DNA from: Haliotis cracherodii
Lineage: Eukaryota
Assembly: GCF_022045235.1 (NCBI RefSeq)
Contig: NW_027266273.1
Span: forward strand, 4,712,001 to 4,776,000
Direction of reading: 5' to 3'
Length of the DNA: 64,000 bases
Below the pieces are notes generated by a model that was given only the letters and a program-made list of their open reading frames with translations, was not told the origin of the DNA and made no database searches. Position 1 is the stretch's first letter; each line of letters opens with the position of its first letter. A program made the translations under genes and the position numbers. Below, piece after piece: positions 27,501-39,500 of the stretch.

Positions 27501-30500
27501 GCAACCTGAAATGTAATGAAAAACTAAAAAAATGGTTTGCTATAAATATTCATTTAGGCTTCAGTGACCTATCTGTGTATTCAGTCTTTATCAACCAGTT
27601 CTGGATTACACAGGTTCAGTAATCATTTAAATATTTAAAGGAGGAATAAGCAACAACAACAAACATTATTAATGTGTTGTTGTGCCAGAGCCACCTTTAT
27701 ATGTAGCATTAAAAAAATGAAAATGATTTGTATGAATGCTGCTGACATAGCTTAATTATCAGTTATGATGTGCATACAAACAGTCAACAATAGAGCTGTA
27801 TGATATACAAATACATTACATTTTAAAACAGGTCCACTACAGCTGTATGATAGAATTATAAAACATGTTCAGTACAGCTGTTTCATATGATTATAAAACA
27901 GGTTCAGTACAGCTGCATGATATAAATCCTAAAACAGGTATAGTAGGGAAGTACGATATGATTATGAAACAGGTTCAGTACAGCTGTATGATATAATTAT
28001 AAAACAGGTTCAGTAGAGCTGTATGATATAATTATTAAACAGGTTCAGTACAGCTGATATAATTATTAAACAGGTTCAGTACAGCTGTATGATGTAATTA
28101 TGAAACATGTTCAGTACAGCTGTATGATATAATAATAAAACAGGTTCAGTACAGCTGTATGATACAATTATGAAACAGGTTCAGTACAGCTGCATGATAT
28201 AATTATAAAACAGGTTCAGTCCAGCCGTATGATATAATTATAAAACAGGTTCAGTACAGCTGTATGATATAATTATGAAACAGGTTCAGCAGTGCAGCTA
28301 GTTATGTCCTTCAACGTCTCAACACACTGATTCTCCACCACAAGAGACTGGACAATGCTATGACCTATTTACAAGTCCTCGTGAAAAGACTGAAGGAACA
28401 AACAGTCCCAAAGAAAACATGTCACATCAGTTGGCACAATTCACTGTGCAGGATTGCGTCCCTTTGTTGTATAAGTATCTGCTGATCATGAGGTCGACTC
28501 CCTTGTTGTTGTCATCCTTGGTTTGTCAGCTCCATACCTACGGGTTTCACTTTGCCCTCACGTAAGTGGACAGAGGTGGTGGGGTAGCCTCTTGGTTAAG
28601 GTGCTCATCACGCCGAAGACCCGGGTTCGATTCCCGATATGGGTACAATGTGTGAAGCCCATATCTGGTGTCCCCCACCATGATATTAATGGTGTATTGC
28701 TTAGAGCAGCTTAAGACTATACTCACTGACTCATAAGCGGATATTTAAGCGGTTTAAAGATGACACTGAATCAGGTAACAGATGGCCATGTGGTCCTGTC
28801 AAAACTGCGTTATCTCACACACTCATTATGTATTTTAACTTAAGTGTGTCTGTGATATGGAATGGTTGAGTGATGTTGGGTTTGATGCTGCTGTTGACAT
28901 TCAATATGTTTGTCACAGTCTGTCAGCTTCCTGTTGGAGTAAACACCAGAAGACAAAACCAACGAGTATTGGTATTTACAGACCAAAGATCACAACATTG
29001 GCAAGCCAGTGGAACCTTCAGGGCTGTACTGCTAGTCACTGTGCAGAGTTGTATCCCCTAGCCATGCCAGGATCCTCTGATCATAGGTTCAGACAATGTT
29101 GTCTGATAATTATCTGTGGTTTGTCAACAATGCTTATTAGTTTCATATTATCTCTGAGGTATCCTCCCACTTTAAACTGCAGTACTGTTCAAAGCAATTA
29201 AACCCCTATATGGGATTGTGTAGCTTCCCTTATCATGGACCTGGCAATCATATATTCATGCGCTCTGTATGTCTTGCAGCTCCACCAGAGGCACCAGCAT
29301 CATTACGGGCGGAGAACATCGACAAGGATTGTCTCACCCTTGTCTGGAACCCACCAGAGGACGATGACAGTATCACTGGCTACATTGTTGAGAAGAGGGC
29401 ACAAGATTCTGAAACCTGGGAACGTGTTGCACATGTGCCAGGCAAGACTACAGCTCGCGATGTCATTGGTCTGCCAGAAAACCAGTCATTCTTCTTCAGG
29501 GTCATTGCAGAAAATCCTGCCGGAGTTAGCCCCCCTGCTGAACTCCGACTTCCTGTTGAGCTGAAGGCAAAGAAAGGTAGGAGCAATCTAAAGAAATAGG
29601 TTACAGTAAATAAATATTTGTTCATGATTTAAGATTTCATTTTGCGTATATTGGTAGAATAATTCATTCCAACAGTCATCCTAGAACATATGAAAATATA
29701 TTTTACGTAATGTTTGCTAGTTGTTCGTTGTTCACATATCAGCACTTGTAGATGAACAGGCTTTCTTTTCTTTTTTGCCTTGAACATTGTGTGAGAGTTC
29801 GGTTTCTCAGCATGCTTTAAATGTTGATTTTTGTAGTTTCACAGTAGTTATACACAGTAGTTGAATGCACAGGTTTTCTATTCTAGGTATCTGTTTACTT
29901 TTTACTCTGACTTGCTAAATACATCATTATTTGTGGCATGACAAGTGTATTCCAACAGTGTATTCCCATTGTATTTAACTACATGCATGAACCTTAATCT
30001 ATATGCCTTTAATTCATTTCAGATTTATTTTCTTTCATAAAGGTTTGCTAATTATTAACACCTAATGTCAAATGTTCAAACAAATCTCTTGAATAAAGCA
30101 TGATACAAACATTTGTTGTTGTTTATTTCTCTTCTTTTTTTTCACTGAATGGATGATAACATGTGTGAGTTGTTTGAGTGTGAATGCATGACCTTGACCC
30201 TAAAGTTTGCTGTGACCTTTCTGTGATTAAACCTTGACCTTTCCTTTGCTGTCAACCTATGACCTCATTATCCTTGACCTATCTATTGCCTTGCTTGTTC
30301 TTTGTGCTTCATACTTCTGTCTGTATATTGTGTGTTGTCAAGTTTGGAAATTGTGCCTCAGTTGGATATATTACACCAGTATTTTACTATGAATTATTTT
30401 CAAAAATATATTTGGACACTATACTGCTTAAAACCTTTTTCATATTTGGGGTAACATGCAGCATTGATCTTAAAAAAATACCATTTTTTAATAATCAGGT

Positions 30501-33500
30501 TTGTAAGAATCCATACTGAGAAACCTTGTTTACTTTTTGTTCTGAAATTGTTTTGTTTTCATTTAGCTGTAGATTAGCTTTGCGAATGCTTTATGTTAAA
30601 TAGTTATTAATTAGATTCGCTTATTTCAAATATGCACTTCGTATTAATGATTCCTTCCCTTTCAGCCCTTACTGCATGATTTGATGTACATTAACATGCA
30701 TTTGTGTAATTGAATTATTTCTGTGTAATGTGTTTATATCTCATACAGGAACTGAGTTCATTTGTGTTAAATGTTATAGACATGGAAGTAATCTCATGTG
30801 CCATACTTACAGAACCACCCAGTAGAATCCCAGACTCACCTGAAGTACTGGAGGTTGGCCCAACCCATGTTGAGTTGTCATGGCAACCACCAGAGTCCGA
30901 TGGAGGCTCTCCTGTCACTGGTTATTTCATTGAGAGGTCAGATGTGACTGGCCGATCCTGGCTGCCAATCAACAAGGAGGCGATTCCCGACACAAGACAT
31001 CGTGTTGATGGACTCCATCCTGGCTGCACCTATGAATTCCGCATCATTGCCCAGAATGCAGTTGGGCTCAGCTCACCTTCTCCACCATCTGCTGCTGTTG
31101 TCTGCAGAGAAACAATCGGTAAATAGTGGACAGTGTTTAATGAAACGTAGACATGTATGTAGACATAATTAACATTAAGGAACAGAGTCTGAAGCGAACT
31201 ATTTATTCCATGCGCATATCATTACTGAAACTGAAACAAATCTTTGTACACTACACTCTGCAATTTCAGTGACGGAAGCACCCAAGTTCGTGCAGGAGTT
31301 CGGTGACCTTGACATTCCAGTCGGTGAAGAGGCTCGCTTCGTTTGCCAAGTGACTGGACTACCAAACCCAGAGGTCACATGGTAAGAGACATGGCATCAT
31401 CACATGCAACTGAAAGTTAATATTCAGTAGTGTTTTGGAAATAAGGAATTGATTTAGTCACAGTTGGAATCTGGACAAAAGGTACGACAGGTGAAGTTCT
31501 AAATTTGCATTGGTCTTTTCCATGTTGTAATGGGACTATTTGTTGTTGCTCCAGGTACAAGGACTACTGTGAAGTGTTCGACACCCGCAAGTACTCCGTG
31601 AAGGCTGATGACATTACCTTCACCCTGGTGGTCAAAGATGTGGAGCTGAAAGACAGTGGGGACATCGAGTGCCAGGCCAAGAACAGATACGGAATTATCT
31701 CCATCAGAGCCAAGCTCAATGTGCTGGGTAAGTTGAGATTATCAGAGCCCAGCCTAATGTTTTGGGTAAGTTGAAATTATCAGAGCCAAGCATAGTGTGT
31801 GTGGTACGTTTTGCTAACTCAAATTATACGGTGTATATTTCTTGCTAATTACACAATGTTTACGTTTCACGCACACCACTAATTACATATAGACCTAGAC
31901 CAGGGTGCACCAGACCATTGACCACAGTTCCCCTTCAAGCTAATAATGTTGGGTAATTGGATGACTGATAACATGCTCCCCTCACAGTGAGATAGAGATG
32001 TTGAGAGAGACCTGTAGAATATCTTCCCTCTGCCCTTCAGCACCCGCCCGTATCGACCTCCCTCCACGCTACGCCGACGGTCTCTGTATATCCAGTGGTG
32101 ACTCCATCAAGCTCCGCGTGCCCATATTTGGACTTCCTCTTCCAACTGCCACCTGGAAAAAGAATGGGAAAGCACTCCCTGATGAACTTCGTATCGACAT
32201 CACGACCACACCCAAACACTCCACCCTCATCATCCAGGATGCTGACAAGCGTGATGAGGGAGAGTACACTCTTGAAGTACAGAACAAGCTGGGCTCCGAC
32301 AGCGCCACAGTTCCCATCTCTGTTGTTGGTCAGTACCAAATAGACATTGACTGCATATCTGCATATATGCTACACAAAAGAAGTTAAACACCAATATTAT
32401 TTCATACAACTATAGTTAAAATGGCATATTTAAAGTCAATCTGTTCACTATCTGCCATGACAGATTAACAATAGTCATTTGAATATTGGGTGTTCTTTAA
32501 CTTCCTTTGAGTAGTATATACTGACAGAAAGAAATAAGGCAACATAAAGAAACATGTGGTGGTCTTAAATTTTGTCTGTAGCAAAGAAAACAATAGACTA
32601 TTGAGCAATGTATGAATGTAGTAACCACACCAGATACTTGCAGTTTACTGTATCATTATTTTGTGGATACAAAACAGTTTACTGAAATTGCAGTTAGTAT
32701 TAATCTTTGATATTTCTATGTTCCCTGACCACCTCTGTGGTCTAGTGGTAGAGTGTCTGCCCGGAGAGCGGAAGGTCTTGGGTTCGATCCCCGGCCGCGT
32801 CATACCAAAAGACGTTAAAAGATGGTACTTGTTGTTACCCTGTCTGGTTCTCGGTATTAAGGGGCTAAAACAAGGACTGGTCGGCTCGGAGTCAGTATAC
32901 TGTGTCTGAGTGGGATATTCATGTTAAACTGTGGCATGGTATCTCAGTGAGCTAGCACTATAAATCGGCATCAGTCCAGACTACTACAAGCAGCCACACA
33001 AACACACACTCGTACATTCACATCCCTATATAAGTGCAATAAACTTGGACGCGACGTTAAAACCCCATTTCGCCTCACCTCTATGTTCCCTTTTTTTCCT
33101 TCTGTATATAAATATAATATTAGCTCATCCTATGGCTTAGCCATGTGGATGTGACCAAGATTCACCCTGTTTACGATTCTTGGTTTGGCAGCACCATACC
33201 CTTGCTTTTGGCTTTCACCAAAGGTAAATATGAAGACCTGCTAAATCAAGCTGACTTGCAAGGTGTAACAGAAATAATGTTCATAGTGCCATGATATACT
33301 TACTTACTCTTTACCACTGTCCTCAGATCGACCTGACCGTCCTGGCAAACCTGAGATCACAAGCGTGGACAAGCACTCTGTGAGTATGACATGGGACGCT
33401 CCCAAGGACGACGGTGGCTCCCCCATCACTGGCTACATCATCGAGAAGTGTGACATGCAGACCACTATCTGGCGCCACGCCATCACATCCAACACACAGT

Positions 33501-36500
33501 CCTGCACAGTCACCTGCCTGGAAGACCGAGGACAGTTCAAGTTCCGCATCCTGGCAGAGAACATGTACGGCATCAGCAGTCCTGGACCTGAATCCGAGCT
33601 TGTGGTCACCCGTGAGCCGATCCCAGTCGTGGACTATGACAATCTATGTAAGGGACAAGGCTTTGTGTGCTTTTTGAACTTTATTTGCAAGGTGGTATTT
33701 CACAAAGAACAGATTTTCATGTATTGATATGAGTAATGGATTTGGAAGGGTTGTTTTGATCTAACACTGTATTAATGTTGTTCCTTGAAGAATTTCTGGA
33801 AAAATGTCCTGATTTTGTGCAAAGAAGGGGTATTGTGTCAGTTGCACACATAAAGTAGTTGGCTTACTTGCTTTTAGCCTTGTTGAGGCAGTTCTATTGA
33901 AGAAGGAACAAGATTTCTGTGATAAGAGTCTTGCAGATTGATAAAAAAATTGTTCTCAGTTAAGAGATTTACTAATGTACGAGTACAACTCTAATACACC
34001 TCTAATCTCTAATACAGATGATGCTGACTTCACCGGAACTCCAGTTGATGTAAGCAGAATCCGAGGAGACATCCTCAGCAAGTACATCATCTGTGAGGAA
34101 CTCGGAAGGTCAGTCACAGCTCGTTCCCAGCAATGTTCACGCGATAATATTTATCAAGCATGTGTTAACAGTGAAACAGCTTCATGTTCTCGATGCCTAA
34201 TTTAGTTTCTTTACAAATACCAATATAAGTATACCGATCTCACTTAACAGTCAATGTCATTACAGAGGTGCATTTGGTGTTGTCCATCGTGCTGTTGAGC
34301 GAGCCACCGGTAAGAACTGGGCCGCCAAGTTCATCCGCTGCCGCCCCCACGAGAAGGAGACGGTGCGTCACGAGATCGACATCATGAACCGCCTCCATCA
34401 CAAGAAGCTGCTGCAGCTCCATGAGGCCTTCGACCAGCCCGGAGAGATGGTCATGATCCTGGAACTGTGAGTCCTTTGTTAAGTCTTTGGACCTGTGAAG
34501 ATTCCGGGGTAGAATAGGTCTTCAGCAACCCATGCTTGCCGTAAAAGGCGACTATGCTTGTCATAAAAGGCAACTAACGGGATCGGGTGGTCAGGCTCAC
34601 TGACTTGATTGATGCATGTCATTGATCCCAATTGTGTGGATTGATGCTCATGATATCAGTCACTGGATTGTCTGGTCCAGACTCGATTATTTACAGACCG
34701 CTTTTTCTAACAGTGGGGGTAAATGATATTGGTCATGATAATAATAATACACTAAAATAGAGCTAGGCACATAGTACATGACATGGTAAGGGAATCAGCA
34801 TGTATTTGAATTTCTATTCTCAACTCCCTGAGATGACACTATATTTTCTGGTCAGGTGATCCAGTTTTGGATATAACAAAATAAATGTTTTGTTGAGTTG
34901 GATCAAGAGTTGGATCAAATGTTGCTTGTGTTTGGAAACCTTCATGAGTTGATTAAGATGCTATGGCATGTGTTTGCAGACTGAGTGGCGGCGAGCTGTT
35001 CGACCGCCTGGTCCAGCAACAGTATGACCTGACAGAGGAAGACTGCATTACCTACATGCGGCAGATTTGCCAGGGCGTGCAGCACATGCACAGCAACAAC
35101 ATCATCCACCTTGACCTCAAGGTCAGTCACGCACTTTCAACATTTTTTAATTATGTGCTTGTACATGATGCCAACCCAGAGTACAGTTGTTTCTGTTAAA
35201 ACATACAGATTCTACACAAAAGAAAACCTGATTATTTCATTTGACAGATAAGCTATAGTCATATGAACAAGTATATATATATGGTAACTGTTGAAGGAAT
35301 TTCTATCATAGAAGCTTCATGTTCTACATGAACTCTGAACAATCGGTAGGCAAGTGGCTACAGTGTTTGCCTCATTTCAACAGAGACCCAGTTCAAATCC
35401 AATCATTGGTAAAATATGTGATACCATTTCTGTTTTCTGCTGTGATATTACTGAACTATACCTAAAGGCGGGGCGGTCTGGTAGCCTAGTGGTTAAAGCG
35501 TTCGCTCGTCACACCGAAGACCCGTGTTCGATTCCCGACATGGGTACAATGTGTGAAGCCCATTTCTGGTGTCCCCCGCCATGATATTGCTGGAATAACC
35601 ATACTAACTCACTCACTGTACCTAAAAGCAGTTAAAACCTTAGCTTTCATAATGATGGGTGATGTAACTGAAGCAATGACATAAGTGTCTGTCCTGTCAA
35701 CAGCCAGAGAATGTCATGTGTGTGACCAAGGACAGCAAGGACGTGAAGCTCATCGACTTCGGATTGGCTCAGCGCCTGCAGGAAGGCAAGTCCGTCAAGG
35801 TTCTGTTCGGAACAGCCGAGTTCTGTGCACCTGAGATCATCAGCTTTGAACCTGTGTCCTTCGCAACCGACATGTGGTCCCTCGGAGTGGTCTCATATGT
35901 CCTGTAAGTACCCGGTATTGTCAAACCTGCCTGAAATCCATTAGGAAACTTATTTGAGGTGAGGTGAAATGGGATTTAACGTCACCTCCAAGATTATTGC
36001 ACTTATATAGTGAGGTACATGCACATCTGTGTGTGGCTGCTTGAACTAGTCTGGACTTATAGTGCTAGCCCACTGAGATACCATGCTGCAGTTTAACATG
36101 GATACCCTACTCAGACACAGTATACTGCCTCCAAGCCAACAAGTCCTTGTTTTTTCCCCTTAATGCTTAGTGCCAGGGTAACAACAAGTACCATCTTTCA
36201 ACGTCTTTTGGTATGATCTTGTCAGACAAAGGCTACCTGCTTCTCTTATTCTGTTCATCTGTATGTTTAAGCTACATTGCAATAAATGAAGCAACTGACA
36301 GTGGTCCGAAGTGTTGCTATCCTAGATATGGCATTGTATTTTGAGTGTATTTCGTCCAGACTGAGCGGCTACTCACCATTTGCTGGAGAGAGTGACCAGG
36401 AGACCTTTGTGTACATCAACCGTGCCGAGTTCGACTACGATGACGAGGCCTGGGCGCCTGTATCAGAGGAGGCCCGGGACTTCATCAACAAACTCCTCCT

Positions 36501-39500
36501 GAAAGACAAGAAGTGAGTTGCTAGAGTAGTCTCCCCTTGCCCATGGTGACTGATTGCGTATGTTATGACTTGCATTTTGTCAAGCATTTCAATTTCATGA
36601 TGAGAACGGTAATTACCTTAACAGTTACTAAATGATTGCGAAGATTAGTATTAATTTTACAGACATTTTTTTAGCATAGGAATTAAATCCAGAAGACACA
36701 ACCTGCCCACAAATCTTTCAAAGAGGAGAATGTACAGTAGTATTTGTAGCTTGTTGTTTCGGTACATATTCACTTTCTGAACTGCAACTTTCAGGCAGAG
36801 GATGACGATCGACGAGGCGTTGGCCCACCCCTGGTTGAATGTAAGTACTGCTTCTACCTACCTTGTGTTGCTGTCATCCTCTCATCTGTCCTGGGACATA
36901 CACTGCTTTAAGTGTGGCGGAGGCATGGCTACAGTCTCCAGTTTGGGAATGAGCTATGTGTAGTATTGTACATCATCGCGGAGCCCTGTGTCCCCACTAA
37001 CTGCTGGGGGCTTGAAGGGAAACTACACTTGGGCCAGTTGGCAGTTGGAGCAAATTTGATTCAAGTCTTTCAAACCAAAATTATTTGTCAGCAAACTCAA
37101 AATTTACATTGATACCAGCTTTAGTCAGAATAGTCACGCTTTTAGAGATGCCCTTAAGTATAAGTCAATACCGTATTTACCATATAAAGCCCCCTTATTA
37201 ACTTCTACGCCAACATCTGAGTAATTTTTATAAATGTCCCCTGATAAGACCAGAAATGTACATGACGGTCCATATTTACGGAACTCGGCACTATATGACA
37301 GTTATTAAACTGCCCAACTTTTATGACATTTTTTACATTACATTTTGTTCACAACTTTTGTTCACTTGTGCCCAATCTTTCAAAACAAATTTAACTTGTT
37401 GTTTCTGGTGTTGATAAGCATCCCCCTTTGTCAAGTTTCCAGGGCGCTTATTACGGCAAATACGGTACATTTAATTCTATCTGACTTTTTTCATTAGCAT
37501 TGTTATGCAGTTTAAGAATAGTTGGTATTTCTTTTACAAATGCAGCTGATAAAATTCTTTAACTGGATTTTTTCAAGACTTTCTAATTGTTACATATACT
37601 GTCAGTTTGAATATGATTTGGGATACAGGATTAAGATGGTGATGTTTGGTTCTGAGGGGTAAAGAACCTATAATGTATCGGAACATTTGAAAAGCGACTT
37701 AGTATTTTACGCTTGTTACAAGCTAATTTGTCAGAATATATCTTATTGTATTGTGACAAACTGTAGAGGCATATACCTTTCCTTAACCTAGGAGCATGGT
37801 GCTGACCTTTGACATCAACCATTCCATATCATATCCTTCATCAACCATTCCATATCATATTCTGCAACAATTATAAGGGATGGTGGGGAAGCCTAGTGGG
37901 TAAAGCATTCACTCGTCACGCTAAAAGGCCTGGGTTTGATTCTCCACATGGGTACAATGTGTGAAACCCAAATCGGGTGTTTCCACGGTGATGTGGCTGG
38001 AATATTGCCAAATGTTGGGTAAAATTTTATTTGCCCATCTATTCCGTACCATATTCATCTTTAAGGGTGGAATTTCATTTTCATCATCACTTTGAATTGA
38101 TGATTCCTCTATTGTGCATTGTGAGCATAGTCATCTTCATCAACAGCCAGGCATCTTCATCAACAATGATATGCATTGTTATACATGCAGTGGTGTATAA
38201 ACCATGATATCAGTCATATCCATATATCATTGTATCATAATATTCATTGTTATTAACTGTGGAACTTTGTTGTCATCTAACTGGTAAACTGTACAATGCC
38301 ATATTCTGGGTTTTTTATAGAAATTATATAACAATTTTTCTGATTCAGTTCTAGACTGTTCATAGAGGATTAAATAGGGCGTAATTCTTTTGCTTAAGAA
38401 GTTTCTTTCAAAACCATAGAGTTTTATGGGCAGCCATCTGGTAAAAAAATACAAGGTCATTATTTACATACAAACTGTGAATTCAAAATACCCCAAAATA
38501 CAAATGAACAATTAACTCGGAAACAAAAGATGTCATATGTAGAGAAAGAATAATGTGTATGAAAGAACGTCAGTGCACAAAAAGGACACTAAACTGCTAA
38601 AGTACATCATTGGCAATAAAGAAAGCTAGATGGTGCTGCAATTTGTAAATGATATTTTATTTATTTGGCTTGTTCCTCCGTGTAGATGATAAATACGTGC
38701 CGAAGTGCTCATTGTATTTAATCATTCCTCGTGCACTCAGTTTGATGGTTAAACTATGATACGCAAAAATTGAATTGCAAAATTAGAAAAGAAATGCAAG
38801 TGATTTCTAAAAGTGTTTTGGAGAGGAACAAAAAAAATTTGTCAGCAGATCGGTAAACCAAATAATAACTAAGAAATGTTATTGTCAAGCATATTTCAAA
38901 TAGCATGTCCTTTAAAAAAAAAATCATTCTATATTTGTAAAGTGTCAACTACTTTTGACATCCATGAATCATCATCAAAATATAAAGGATTGTAAATCAT
39001 CATGTCTTATGATCTTTTATCACAAAAGACCCTTGAAGATCCGGAGTAGAATAGGTCTTCAGCATCCCATGCTTGCCGTAACAAGCGACTATACCGGTAC
39101 TTGTCATTAGAGGAAACTAACGTTATCGGGTGGTCAGACTCGCTGACTTGGTTGATGCATGTCATTGATCCCAATTGCGTGGATCAATGCTCATGATATT
39201 AATCACTGGATTGTCTAGTCCAGACTCTATTATTTACAGACCGCCGTCATATAGCTGGAATATTGCTGAGTGCGGCGTTAAACAACAAACCAAACAACTT
39301 TTAGCACAAAATGTACATTCACGTTGACCAACTAGGTTATATCCTGTTTGTTCACCTGAAGTAATACAATGTAATTACTGAATGCACTTAATACATTAGA
39401 CAGCAATGTTTCCCGAAATGGGTAACCAAGTAAGGGGTGTGTGCATTCCACACAAGCAAGATGATAAATATTAACTGAGACAAGGCAAGTCCAGGGCCCA

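Noticed and set aside
27825-28290. CRISPR-like regular 35-bp repeats
   Set aside because: Head-to-tail repeats with no unique spacers, no cas genes and a eukaryotic intron context.
36841-36963. Open frame reading through the intron after HPWLN (40 codons to TAG), a possible tail-less kinase
   Set aside because: The GTAAGT donor is strong, the peptide is unremarkable and this length of read-through is common by chance.
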